From NCBI RefSeq assembly GCF_009914755.1, contig NC_060932.1: 64,000 bases of DNA. The stretch is one strand, 5' to 3'. Shown piece by piece: positions 39,671 to 53,312 of this stretch (positions are counted from its first letter, which is position 1; the number at the start of each line of letters is the position of its first letter). This DNA comes from the human T2T-CHM13v2.0 reference genome, Homo sapiens. Position numbers and translations under genes: made by a program. The notes under the pieces are model-generated. The model made no database searches and was not told the DNA's origin. It was given only the letters and a program-made list of their open reading frames with translations.

Positions 39671-42600
39671 GTTCGCTTCACACACAATACATAGACCTGT
39701 AGCCTCTCAGCATGAGGTGGGAGGGCTGGCCATAGGGAAGCAATCTAAGGGGTATTTATGCTCTTATAAAAGGAACAGAAAGACTCTGGCTTTGCCCCTG
39801 GGCGGGCCAGAGTAACAAGAGAATAAGAATCCAGGGAGACACTGAACTGCTCATGAGAGGGAAGACCTCTGTCAGGATTATGGAGTTTAGCTGAATTGAA
39901 TCTTGTGAGACTACGGGCTTTGGAATTTCTAATAGCTCTTAAGTATCTTTTGCTTAACTAGAAAAACAACTACAGTGTAGGGAGATGCCATTTCCTACCT
40001 CATCCTGTGATTTCAGGGCTGAGATCCTGGCTTTGGAAGAGTCTTTTGTCCTATAGTCCCCATTATCTGAATCCATACCTGCAAAGGTAGCACAGAGCCA
40101 GCAGGAGGAGACCCAGGATGCCAATGGGAACAGTGCCTGGGTCCACCCTGCAGCTCTTCCAGGGGCAGTTAGAACAGCCTTTGGCAATTGACTTCACTCC
40201 CAGAAAAGACACTCTCCTCCATCAGAAAAATGAGTGTAATCAGATTGGCTGGCAACAGTGTTTTGAGATTTCCTGGATGAGAGGTTCTTTGTAAACCTAG
40301 GGCACTGTTGTTTTCATACCTGCTTGTTGGGCCAGGAGAGAAGGGAAATGGGAACTCAAGGCAAGAATGCCTCCCTGGCAGCTGGTCCCCAAGCCTCTCA
40401 ATCACACTTGACGTTTGCAAAAACACTGGCAAACTGAGCAGTCATGGAAATAGGTGGGAGAGTGAGGATCAGGCAGGCTAAGGATGCGTGCAGGCTAAGG
40501 AAGATGGGGAATGGCAGGTCAGATGGGAAAACATCTGGCAGAGTGGACCTTTCCTGCTCTGAGCTCATTTCTTTGCCTTTGAGATGTGAAATTGGGCCCT
40601 TCTGTAATTTCTGGAGCTTGGAGTATAGAATTCTCAGAATTCCTTATTAGCAAGTGTAGAGGGAGTCCTGGACAGAGACCAGGAGAAGAGATACTAAGGA
40701 GAGAAAGTGAGAGTCAAATGGAGTGCAGATAAGGGAGGAGATGAGAACAGGAAAGAAGGAGGAATGGGGAACAGAGAAAGATGAGGAAAGGAATTCTATT
40801 TTCCCAGAATCAGTTGCCAGTCTGGGATGGGCAAAGAACAGCTTTCCTGATGGGGGCTTTTTTACCTTTCATATATGCTGGTGCTGTCACGTCCAACAGC
40901 AGGATGAGAATTGCTTTGAAAAGCATCCCTGAGCTTCCTAGGTAATACGCAGTTCAGGGTCTTATTAAGAGAATAAGCAAAGATAGCCGCTGAGCCGCCG
41001 ATTGTCCCACTGCGTAGGGGTGGCAAGAAGTCTAGGCCCTGATCCTTTCTTTTTTGTCCCTCCCATCCCCCCAACAAAAGAGCAGCTTTTAGGTGGGAGA
41101 ACTCCTATTGAGGTCTAAGGGGCTCCCTGGCATGACATGAAAGACCCTTTCTGTCTCTTATTCCTCAAGATGGAACGTTAAATAATGCTGCAGGCTTGTA
41201 CAGACCGCTGTCTGGAGAAGGCTGCCTGTGTCAGCTGCTTAATATGCAGAATGAAGAAGTCATAAAGTCAAGTGCCTGTAACATTTAATGTGAATGATAA
41301 AGGAGGAAAAACACCCTGAGCAGAAGGCAGGCCCGTGTGCCTCATTATTTGTGCATGGCAGGGGCTGCACCTGGCATCACAGCAAGGAGCACCCGCCATG
41401 TGGGCCCAGGTGCCTGAGTGTTAGAGAGGCATGTGCTTGGGCATTCATATGCACACATATGCGTGCACACATACATCATTAAAGGTGATGGCTGACAGCA
41501 GAGGGACCGCACTACCTATGACTGGTGATTCACAGGGCTTCGTCAGCTCAAGAACTTCCCTCCCCTGGGACAGCCACCTTCTCAGGACCAAGGAGAATCA
41601 TGGAAAAGAATCATAGAATTACCAGTTTGCTTTACTGCCACAGAGTACGTGGAAAACTATGGAAGGGTCAAAGTTATAGCATTGCTAATCAGCAATCCCA
41701 AGCCACCAAATCCCATCTTTCCTCTGACAGTGACCATTCCAATGATCCTGAGACATTGATCCTGAGCTGCATCAGCTTCTGGCTGTTGTTTTCTGGCCCT
41801 GGTATGGGTTTGAGCATACCTGGTCCACGTCACAGCCACCCTTATTGCCCTCACTTGGGGAAGAAAGCCAGTGTTCTAACTACTATTTGTCTTCTCATTA
41901 GAGAGATTCATCTCTGTTTCTGAATGGTCTCTCTTCCCTTGAGAAATCTGGAACATTTTGTCTTGGGCAGGGTGGTAGGATGTCTCAATGTGGATTTCAG
42001 GGCTCTCCAGACTGTGGTTTAGGAACAGCACAGGTGTGTTGGCCTCAGGTGAGTTACCTGCTCATCTGGATTATGCTCTGTGAAAGGTTCAATCCCGGTG
42101 ACCCAGGCTGCATCTATCAACTCCAAGACCTTCTCTACTCTTTGAAGGTCACATACCATGTCCTGACATGCCAGTGTCTCTTCAGTAGGCAGAAGAGCTC
42201 AGATTCTCTTCGCCTCCTTTTTCTGAGATTTTCTAGAAGGAGAGGCCACTATTTTACATCTTATTAATGAAAATATACTTCATGACCTCTAAGGCAAACA
42301 ATGGGAGAATAATCTCTATGGGGAGAGGACAATTAGATATTCAAATTTGCCTCTAACTGCAGAATCTGACCATCTTGGAGTGTTTTATTGATTATGACCT
42401 CAACCTTCTGACCTCTGCTGGGGGTTTGTGGGGGTAGAGGGGGCAGTACTTCTTCCTAGCTACCCAGCAATTGTCTGACTCAACCCATTATACTTTATAG
42501 TACAGTTGCAACCAGGCTGAAAGATTCATACAAGACATTGCCAAAGGGTATGGGAAAACAAAACAGAAATGAACACAAAAAGTAATATTGGGTCCAGGCA

Positions 42601-42844
42601 ATTCAGTTTACAAGGGATGGCCCAATGCTGGGAAGTAATACTATCTCATTAAGCATGAAACTTAAAAAGAAACAGACAGCGCCCCAGGGCATTTTTACCT
42701 TTAAATCTACTGTTTTTTTTTGTTCTCTTACTACTCTTTTGGATGAGGACACCCAGAGGATAGAAACCTCTTAGTTTTTAGGAATATCCTCATGTTCTGC
42801 CAGCATGTGATGTGTTAGAGTGGAAGGAAGTTCAGGGATCATCA

Positions 42845-42965
42845 AGCAGCATGGTTTGCACACCTGGAAGCTCATCAGAATTACTTAAGAAGCTTGGTAT
42901 AAATAGAGATTCCTGGGCATAGCCCGAGATATTTTGATACCAGGAGGGTGCTGGTAATAATTTTA
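42845..42965. mobile_element. MER5-like hAT fragment
   Basis: CATCAGAATTACTT...AGCTTGGTATAAATAGAGATTCCTGGGC. Confidence 0.5.
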
Positions 42966-42966
42966 A

Positions 42967-43378
<412 letters not shown>

Positions 43379-46300
43379 TAATGTCTCTCTCCCTCCACCT
43401 ATCTTGTGCCTCAATAACAGACCTTGGTAGAATCCAAGGGGGAAAAAGGCAGTTTCCATGGAAAAATTTCCCTGTTTGACTCCATAATAAAGAACTCATC
43501 TCCAGGGTCAGAGAAGAGGTCCTCAGACACAAGAGGTAAGCAGCTAGAGCACCCATCTAGAAGGCATGTGCCCATGTTTCCTTAACCCTTATCATTCGGA
43601 CCTGCTGAAATCCAAACTACTTATAAGTATTTCAGTGTCTCCACCTAATTCCAAGGGTCTTGGAACTCAGACTGTGGAGAGAATACAGGTTTGGTATTAA
43701 AGAACATAAGTTCTGAATCCAGCTCTCCAAGTCCTCAAAATAGCTGAGTGACTTGGGCAAATCATTTCCCCTTTCTAAGCACGGCCCTTCATTGACCATT
43801 AATAGGGCTGTGATTTGATACAAAGAAACATGCATCAATGGTCTTTTCAGACACCATCTGGTCAGAAGCATGGAGCAAGGAATGGGCCATGTACAACAGA
43901 GAAGAAAGCTGAGATGGCTTTTACCAATGTCGGTAGGGGTTCTACGCACGGCCCCTTCCTTGCTGTAATTCCCTCCTTGGGAATCAATCTCCACGCTTAG
44001 GTGGTGCAGGTGCAAAGAATGGGCACAGGAGGGTAGGCACCACGGGTCATGCTATGAAATCCATGGGCTGACTTTCTGATTCAGAAACGTGCCGAGCATG
44101 GTACTATCTTAGAGCCATAGGATGTGAAGTCTGGTGGGGGCGATTGAGGTCATCTAGTGAGCCCACCTTCCCTTCCCTTTTCTGAAGCCCAGAAAAATGA
44201 GTCTTACTCAATGCCACATCATTAAAACTCATTCTCTCTTGTCCCAACATCAATCCCAGTTCTTTTCTTCTCTTCCTTGTGTACCCCATCTCTTTCCTCT
44301 GTGAACTCTTGCAACATTCTTGTAATGCACACAGCTTCAGGATGTTCTTTACAAGCAGCTTTTTCATTCCTGCACATCTTGTCCCTCTGACGAGGCTGTC
44401 AACAAGGCAGGGACTATGCCTTTTTTGTGTCTGCTGTATGAAAGGCTTCACACACAGTGGATGCTGAATAAAGACATACTAGCTTGAAAAACGCAGTAAT
44501 GATTATTGCTTTCGGCAAAGAAAGAAAAATGCTGTAGCAAACATGTGGAGCATTAGGAGAGGTGTGCATGCGTATTTAACTCTTTAAGTGACCTCAGCAT
44601 GCTTCTCCCCTACCATGCTTACCCCTGCCAGTCCCCTTGGAATGTCGTCCTCCACCCTGCATTCCACCTTGCAGCTCATTAACCACTTGTCCATCCCCTC
44701 TCTCACTCTATCTTGGCCCCATGTCTTGCTTTTCACCACTCTCGCAGGGCTTCCCTTCTCCAGAACATGATTTGTAGAGTTGTTTATGCTTTGTTTGCTG
44801 AGTCTCCTGCATACTCTGATTTTACTCTCACCTTTGCAGACCATTCCAGTCATAGCCATCTCTCCCTTGTCCTTCTCATCCCCGACTACAGTCTCTCCAA
44901 CACAATGAAACACTGAGGTTGAAAGAAGGATTCTAGGCACAAGTGAAGTTTGGACATAACTAAGAATGGGGTGGTGGAAGAAGTCATTGCCAAACAGATC
45001 CAGAAGGGGATGTCTGGGAAGTCCATGAAACAAAGTCTTCTCCAAACTCTAAGCACCATCTCTATCTCCCTGGTGTCTTTATGCACAGAGATTCCAGTTC
45101 TTTACTTTGCCTTGGCTTTCATCAAAATGTCCTATGTTGATTCTCCCTTTCCTCTCTTCTCACCTTCCTTCATACAAACCCCTCATCCTCAAACACAACA
45201 CTCTCCAACACTTTTTCTCTTAATACAAATCACAGGTACAGTTGAAAATTCACAGGGCGGAAGAACAGAAATTATTTTCCCCGAAAGATTCTGACTATAT
45301 TTCCCTTGACTCGTTTATATATTGGTATTAAGCCCGTTCTGGAGCTGTGGTCAACAGGAAATTTTATTCAGTTTATCACTGTGTAGTGTTTTCTTTATCA
45401 CTGCAAAATGTTACCTTGTAGCGCAGTGTAAAAATTTAGGTCTCTTTTCCTTTAAAGCTAGCTCCCCCTCCCACCACCACTCAGGCACTTCAAAAGGAGA
45501 TTGTGGAAGTTGGTTCTGGCCCAGTGCCCCTCTGAACAGAGATGCTCACTGCATGGTTTATGTGCATAAGCAGTCGGAGCCAAAGGCCAGTTGTCACCAG
45601 GAGATGTATCCAGGCAACCTTGGTGCTAAGCAACAGATTGAAACTCAGAGTGTCTTGGTCCATGCCAGTTACAGCAGGTTGTTGAGAACTTGGCCTTGAC
45701 TGGAGGAAAGGCTTGATTTGGGTGGGGTAGAGGATAAAGGAGAAGAGGAGAAAAGAAGAGGAGACAGAGATATGAGATGGGAAAATAGAAGTGGAGAGGG
45801 GAGGGAATGAGAACAAATAGAAGATGGTTGATCTCAAACAACATTTCTCATGTCATGAAGGCCAGTAGTTAAAGAATGATCTGAGGTTTTAAAAAAGCAA
45901 CAATTAGGCTTTTAAAAGTGTTTTTGAACATGTTATTTTTTAGGTGAATGCATTTCCCAGGCATCAAAACATTCTGTCTCCAGGACCTACATGACCTCGA
46001 TCATCCCTGGTCCCAAAATTGGTCTCGCCTCACTTTCTGGCCTGCTTCTGCAGGTCAGAAGCCCTGCGCTGGCCTGGGAGATTTATTCCTGAGGGCAGGG
46101 CCCTGGCATGGAAATGTGGGTGGATCGATATGGCACAGAATGGAAAGGGAGAGAGAAAAGGTGGAAGAGGGAGGCCAGATGAACGAGTTCAACCTAGTGA
46201 TGGGGAAGAATTGGGGTCAGCCCTTACGGTCAGTACGAACCCCCTCCCTACTTTCTGCTCTCCTGCATGTGTTCTTAGGAAACAGGCCAGACACTGTCCA

Positions 46301-47119
46301 CAAATTCCCTCTCTATGGATAAGACAGCTCAGTGCTCAGATGATCCAGCCAAGTCTATCACACAGACCAGGGAAAACAGCTTGACAGCCATATTATCATT
46401 AGCCTGGAAATGTTTCAGTGATAGGACAGAAAGACTTGAGGTATTAGAAAGCAAGGCAGTACCTGGCATATGAGCCTCCACCCCAGGGCCCATTGGACTC
46501 CTGACCCATCCCACTCACTTCTCCGCAACATGCTTTTCTCATGCACCTCTCAGGCACAGCCTGTTCTAAACAAGCCTCTGCCTCTACCACCACCTCCTCC
46601 CATTGGCTGCAAGCAGTTGCCACATGGCAGATATCACATATGTGCCACTCATCACAGTCTCTTCTCACACACTAGCAGGATGATTAGATGCCATTTCAAC
46701 AAGGCCCTGGAATAGGGTCATTAAGAGCTGTCATTCCCTTTTTCTAAGCCAATTTATCTGTATCAGTTGTTGTCAACCATTAGAGCCTTGCAGACTCACA
46801 AAGAGGTGTCTGAGTCGGAAATCATTTGGCATATGGTGAGCACGTGTGTATTTACGAGCTGTGCCTCATCCCTGATTGAGATCTGTCATCCCTCAGCCAA
46901 GGCCCTGGACTCCGCAATTTGCAAATCCCAGACTTTCACAGTTTGTCTCCTCCCCAGGGTGATTCCTAAAACCAGCTTTGCCTGGAAAGTACCAGGTGCA
47001 TTTGGTCTGGAGTCGATGAGATGTTTCTTTTTGTCTGGCTTTTAAAAGCCAGACAAGAAGATCACTAGGGACAACAAGCCCATGGTAGTGCCAGATGAAG
47101 ATAGTCTGAAAAAACTAGG

Positions 47120-47161
47120 GGTGTGTGTGTGTGTGTGCGTGCGAGTGTGTGCATGTGTGTG
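47120..47161 (+). repeat. (GT)n microsatellite, imperfect
   Basis: GTGTGTGTGTGTGTGTGCGTGCGAGTGTGTGCATGTGTGT. Confidence 0.9.
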
Positions 47162-47665
47162 ATAGAAACTAGAAACTATTCAAACATAGGTTTCCAGGGA
47201 TTTTATAACACATACACACACATGCTGGCCAAGAACCAGACTTTCGGAAAAAAAATTATCTGAAACTCACACAAGCCGCCAGATGAAATGTTTATTTTCT
47301 TTAGTAGAACCCTTTGTTTCCATTTCATGGGCATTTCTTTATGACCACACACTAACTGAACCCCCTTCATCTATTGGGGGAATTCTCCTATAGTGAGCTG
47401 AGAATTCTGATACTTTCTCTTCTTCCGTAGTCAGTCTAAATTTAAGCAGCACCTAAAGTGCAGTGATGGACACTTAAGCAAAGAGTTATTACAGGCTGGG
47501 ACCTCACTAGATGACTGAGGAAACTCAGCTAATTAGGAGAATAAGACCATAGAGACTTTGTGTATCCACAGGCAGAGAGTTTTCCAGAAGATGGGCAGAT
47601 CCCTTCTTCTTAAAGATACATATGCCTCCAGCATGGCCCAATTATTCTAGTTTTTAAGGAATCCA

Positions 47666-47968
47666 GGCTGGGCGCAGTGGCTCATTCCTGTAATCCCAGC
47701 ACTTTGGGAGACGATGGTGAGAGGATTGCTTAAGCCCAGGTGTTCAAGACCAGCCTGGGCAGCATAGTAAGATCCTGTCTGTACAAAAAAATTTTTAAAA
47801 AATAGCCAGGCATAGTGTTGTGTACCTGTGGTCCTTGCTACTGGGGTGGCTAAGGTTGGAGAGTCGCTTGAACTCAGGAGGTCAAGGCTGCAGGGAGGCA
47901 TGATCATGCCACCGCACTCCAGCCTGGGTGACAGAACTAGAACCTGACTCCAAAAACAAAAAAGAAAT
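47666..47968 (+). mobile_element. AluJ
   Basis: GAGGATTGCTTAAGCCCAGG...CAGCCTGGGCAGCATAG, AluJ-type diagnostic positions. Confidence 0.93.
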
Positions 47969-50194
47969 CAAAGAATTCTGGGCACTCCAACTTCTATTAA
48001 CACTTTGAACCAGTAGGAAGAGATGGGTCTTCCAATTATAGATAGTGATCTGTGACATAAAGTTGACAGTCTTTACAAAGTCTAAACAAAAGAAACGAGA
48101 CTAGTTAAGATCATTCCCCATTTCCTGACTGAACCTGCTGCTTCATGTTTGTTATCCCCAGTGTCTGCCTTCAGCAACTCCTGACTGAGACCGTTGGACC
48201 TCCCAGCTACTAGGTCCATATCCTACTCCTTGAAGGACCTCAAAGCTCCACCTATGCTGACCAAATTCCCACAATAGGAATAGCACAAACGCCAACTGGC
48301 TGAAAAGAGAAATGCTGAATGAAAAATCAAGCAAGAAGTTAATCTGTTTGGCACCTTGTTACCTCTCTTCTGAGTGTAATCTGGGAGGCCGTTAATTGCT
48401 TGATTTACTGTATAGTCACTGCCAACAACAATAAATACAGTTAATTAATATCAGGTAACTCACTGCCAGTGAGGCTAGTAATTACCAGGAAATTGAAGAG
48501 AAAGATTTTTCATGATACTGTCAGATAGAACTCATTATCCTCCTCCTTTAGTATCTATTATTTTTAAAATTTGCTTGCCTTAAGCTTTCTGTAGAAATAC
48601 CTTAGGTTCTACCAATGATTTTCTTTTCTTCCCTCCATTAACAGCTGCATGCTTATCAAGAAGGAGTAACTAGAACAGAATCTGTCTTCACCTATTCTTA
48701 CCACCCTGGGAAGCTGAAATGATTTTAGAGCATGTGACCAGCCTGATGGGGTTTCTGAGAATACCCAGTCTTTGCTATAAGAAGGGATCCACCAAGAGAA
48801 ATAGGGGGAGAGTATCCTGCTCTAACCACATAAGACGTTTTTGCTTAATTTTCCTAAATCAAGGCTTTCTTAGACAGGACTTAGAAGTAGTGTGCTATAA
48901 TAGAAACAGAATGATCTTTGGTGTTAGAGACTTAGGTTTATACATAATAGTTGAGAAAATGTTTAAAATATTTCTTAAACACCTTAGACACTCAGTTTCC
49001 TCATCTTCAGAATAGAATCCAACACGTTTTGCATAGAGTTTACTTTGTGATTAAGTGGAAGAGTTGCTGAATAAATACTTTCTGTTCCTCCAGCCTGTTC
49101 TTATATCTTTCCTTAAAAATTATACAAATTTTTCTTTTTTTTCTTCCTGGCTTGGATGCTGAATAGTTTAGTGCCAAATTTGTTTATGCCGTTACTAAAT
49201 ATACAGTGTGTATCATGTGTGCTAACCACTTACAATATCTTATCTGCTATTTTGACATTTCCTTTTTCCTACAGTCCTGATTTGAATATTTTAACTTTTA
49301 TTTCATCTTTTTTTGATGTATATATTTATAGAGTCACCTTAAATCCATATAATTAGCATTAAAAAATTCTTGTATTTTCTGTGTTCCTACTCCTGGCAAA
49401 CTGTCATCTTTCTCTAAACCCAAACCTATAGTTTCACAGTAACTGAAGAGGGAAAAATTCTCATTAGTGCAGACATACTTTCAAAAAATAGTCTGCCATG
49501 GTCTCAGAGCCCTAATCAGAGTTGGCCTTTGATGGGCAATGGAGAAGTGACATTCCCCAAGTGCTTCACTTCACAGCTAGGGGAAAAGAAAGGTGCTAAT
49601 GGGAGACAGCCCGAAGTACATTGTGCCAGAGTTTGAAGAGTTCTTGGCCCTGAGTTGACATTTCAGGTAACATAGTGGGTCTTTATTGAGTATCTATTAT
49701 GTGATTTGACAGATTCATACAGGTATAGAGACAAGATGTCCTACGTGTTCTTCAGAAATGCTCATTGTCCCCACACTACAGCTGAAGTTCTAGCAAATGA
49801 TTCATGTATCACAGATTGCCTTACCAAAAGTAGCATCAGTTTTGGTTGCATGTGAAAAAATGTGTTCTATTCTTTTGGAGTGGATGGGGTAAGAAAATAT
49901 GGTTATAGTAGTTACCACACAGAGGGAAAAAAAGTGTTTCCACTCATTGGAAAGAGCCTCGACTCTGAAAGCCATGTATCTTATATTCTGTGGGTAGGCT
50001 TATCTTAATTTAGGGATTACACCATGTAATTATTGTAAATAAAGGAAATAACCAAGCTATGCAATTTAATTTGGTCATATCTGCAGAGGATATAGAATTC
50101 TGGCTAGGATAGAAGATGACAATTAGTGAAAAAAGCGGTGTTGTGTATGATTAAGAGAAAGAACAGTGCAGAAATAACAAATACACCACACACA

Positions 50195-50990
50195 CTTATG
50201 TATGTTTAAATCTTGCCTACCTCTACCCATGATGTTTTGAAACATATATGCATCTTAATGGCTGAATCGAGCAAATCTTCATATGTATTACCTTACATAC
50301 TTAGCATTTATTTTTGGTGAGAACACTTAAAATCTACTCTCTTAGCAAGTTTTAAGTATACAATACATTGTTATTAACAATGGCTATCATGTTGTACAAC
50401 AGATTTCTTGAATGTATTCCTCCCAAATGAAATTTCATATCCTTTAAGCAACATTACCCCAATCCCTTCTTTCCAGTCCGTGGTAACCACTATTCTCCTC
50501 TCTACTCTGAGTTCAACTTTTTAATATTCCACATATAAGTAAGATCATGTGGTGTTTGTCTTTCTGTGCCTGGCTTAGTTGGCTTTATATAATGCTCTCC
50601 AGGTTTATTGATGTTTTTGCAAAAGATAGGATCTCCTTCCTTTTTAAGGCCTAATAGTATTTCATTGTGTATATATACTATATTTCTTTATCTATTTATC
50701 CATTAGGGAACACTTAGGTTGACTCCATATCTTGACTATTGTGAAAAATGCTGCATCGAACATGGGAGGGTAGCTATCTCTTCAACATACTGAGCTCATT
50801 TCCTTTGGCTAAATACCTATAAGTAGTATGGCTGCATCGTATTGTAATTCTATTTTTAATTTTATGAGAAATTCTCATACCGTTTTCTGTAATGTCTGTA
50901 TTAATTTACATTCCCATCAACACTGTACAATAGTTCCCTTTTCTTCATATCCTCAACACTTGTCATTTTTCATCCTTTTAATACTAGCCA
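50195..50990 (-). mobile_element. L1MA-like 3' region
   Basis: GGTGAGAACACTTAAAATCTACTCTCTTAGCAA; ATTCCACATATAAGTAAGATCATGTGGTGTTTGTCTTTCTGTGCCTGGCTTA. Confidence 0.88.
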
Positions 50991-52252
50991 ACAAACCTCA
51001 TTCTTGACTGCCTTGCCTTTGATTGTCTTCCTTGCTCTGCCTTTTCTTGGGCAGCCATTGATTATCTAGAGCAATTGATTATCTAGAGCTTGCATCCTTA
51101 TCATTGGAGAGTTTTATTCTGACTTGAAATTTCCATCCTCCCACATGCACCCATTTCCTCTGGTGTCTTGCAGCCCATACCCAAATCTTTCACAGGACTT
51201 TTGTGTCTGTGGAACTCTGCATCACTCTTCTTTTTAACAAAGGGTGGCATAGAGTTCTTTCCCTTCTTTGTCTTGTCTTTCTTTTCTTTCGCCTGGTGTA
51301 TCCTGAGCAAACCACCTCCGTGCAACAGTCATCTTGTCATCTTGCCAAGTCTCCACCTGCTAAGGTTTTTTATTTTTGAGGGGAAGGGATTATGTTCCTA
51401 AACATCTGTGTATTAACACTTCCACCTGATAATTTGCATTTTATAAAGTATAGGGTGGCTTTTGAGCTAACTCAAGGCATGGCATTAATTTTGTGAGCTG
51501 CCCTATCCTTGACTAGTCATTTGTTCTTGGATCCTTTGCTGCTCCTTGTGAAATATATATCTAGTCACTTTCATGTACCCCAAAGAGGGGAAGCTACTGG
51601 CTACCTAATCCTCAAGAATTTGGAGATCACCATTGTGTTGGTGAGGCATACTTTGCCTCCCAAATTAATGAAGCAAAATCCTTCAATTTTCATCTTGGTC
51701 CAGTGCTGGGAACTGCCTTGGCATTGTGGATACCAGCCCTAGCTCTTCTGTGCCTACTCCATTCCAAAGTCCAGGCAGTGTGGCTCACTGGCTTTCAGAG
51801 GTCTAATACCAGGAATCTCTTCAAGGATGAGATATCTCACAAAAGAGAATTCTATCGAAAAGAGACAGATAAAATGCTGAGCAGGTGTCTCTGGCTTGAA
51901 ACCTCTGTAGTCTACACAGAATACCTCCATTGTATCTTAGCTGCCTTGAACAACAGCTCTGAGGACCTACAGTGATAGAGACTTCTCTACATTGATGTTG
52001 TGAAGCGCTACAACCACTTCAGTTGGTTGCTACAACAGTTTTAAGTTGTTGTTGCTATAATCATTTTTTAAAAACTGTTTAGTATTATACACTAAATTTG
52101 AAAATAAGCATGGCCATACTCGGACAGTTCTACTTTCAGGTATTGTATTATTTCCTATGTCTGCTGTCAAAAGTTACCTCTAACTTGATGGTTTTAAAAC
52201 AACAGAAATTTATTTTCTCACAGTTCAAGAGGCCAGAAGTCAGAAATTAGTA

Positions 52253-52738
52253 CTACAGGGCTAAAATCAAAGAGACAGAGGGTCGGGGGCTGGTTCCAAC
52301 ATGGCCAAATAGGAATAGCTCCAGTCTACAGTTCCTAGTGTGAGCGATGCAAAAGACGGGTGATTTCTGCATTTCCAACTGAGGTACTGGGTTCATCTCA
52401 CTGGGGCTTGTCAGACAGTGGGAACAGGACAGTGGGTGCAGCCCACCAAGTGTGAGCCGAAGCAGGGTGAGGCATCGCCTCACCCAGGAAGTGCAAGGGG
52501 TCAGGGAATTCCCTTTCTTAGCCAAGGGAAGCAGTGATGGACAGCACCTGAAAAATCGGGTCACTCCCACCCTAATACTGAACTTTTCCAATGGTCTTAG
52601 CAAACAACACACCAGAAGATTATATCCTGCGCCTGGCTCAGAGGGTCCCATGCCCATGGAGCCTCGCTCACTGCTAGCACAGCAGTCTGAGATCGAACTG
52701 CAAGACAGCAGCGAGGCTGGGGGAGGGGCTCCCGCCAT
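52253..52738 (-). CDS. ORF0: L1 antisense ORF0, extended to 161 aa (199 aa from an upstream in-frame ATG at 52852); translation unproven
   Basis: MAGAPPPASLLSCSSISDCCAS...IRVGVTRF matches the L1 ORF0 N-terminus; ATG at L1 position ~454 in GCAATGG context; no stop until the flanking DNA. Confidence 0.5.
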   Translation of the reverse strand: MAGAPPPASLLSCSSISDCCASSERGSMGMGPSEPGAGYNLLVCCLLRPLEKFSIRVGVTRFFRCCPSLLPLAKKGNSLTPCTSWVRRCLTLLRLTLGGLHPLSCSHCLTSPSEMNPVPQLEMQKSPVFCIAHTRNCRLELFLFGHVGTSPRPSVSLILAL

Positions 52739-53312
52739 TGCTGGGGCTTGAGTAGGTAAACAAAGCAGCCTGGAAGCTCGAACTTGGTGGAGCCCACCGC
52801 AGCTCAAGAGGCCTGCCTGCCTCTGTAGACTCCACCTCTGGGGGCAGGGCATAGCCGAACAAAAGGCAACAGAAACTTCTGCAGACTTAAATGTCCCTGT
52901 CTGACTGCTTTGAAGAAGGTAATGGTTCTCCCAGCATGGAGTTTGAGATCTGAGAAAGGACAGACTGCCTCCTCAAGTGGGTCTCTGACCCTCAAGTAGC
53001 CTAACTGGGAAGCACCCTCCAGTAGGGGCAGACTGACACCTCATACGGCCAGGTACCCCTCTGAGACAAAGCTTCCAGAGGAACAATCAGGCAGCAACAT
53101 TTGCTGTTCAGCAATATTCGCTGTTCTGCAGCCTCCGCTGCTGATACCCAGGCAAACAGCATCTGGAGTGGACCTCCAGGAAACTCCAACAGATCTGCAG
53201 CTGAGGGTCCTGACTGTTTAAAGGAAAACTAACAAACAGAAAGGACATCCATACCAAAACCCAATCTGTATGTCACCATCATCAAAGACCAAAGGTAGGA
53301 AAAACCACAAAG

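Noticed and set aside
44584-45294. 153-aa and 114-aa ORFs
   Set aside because: They overlap decayed L2-like sequence; no recognisable protein family or exon structure.
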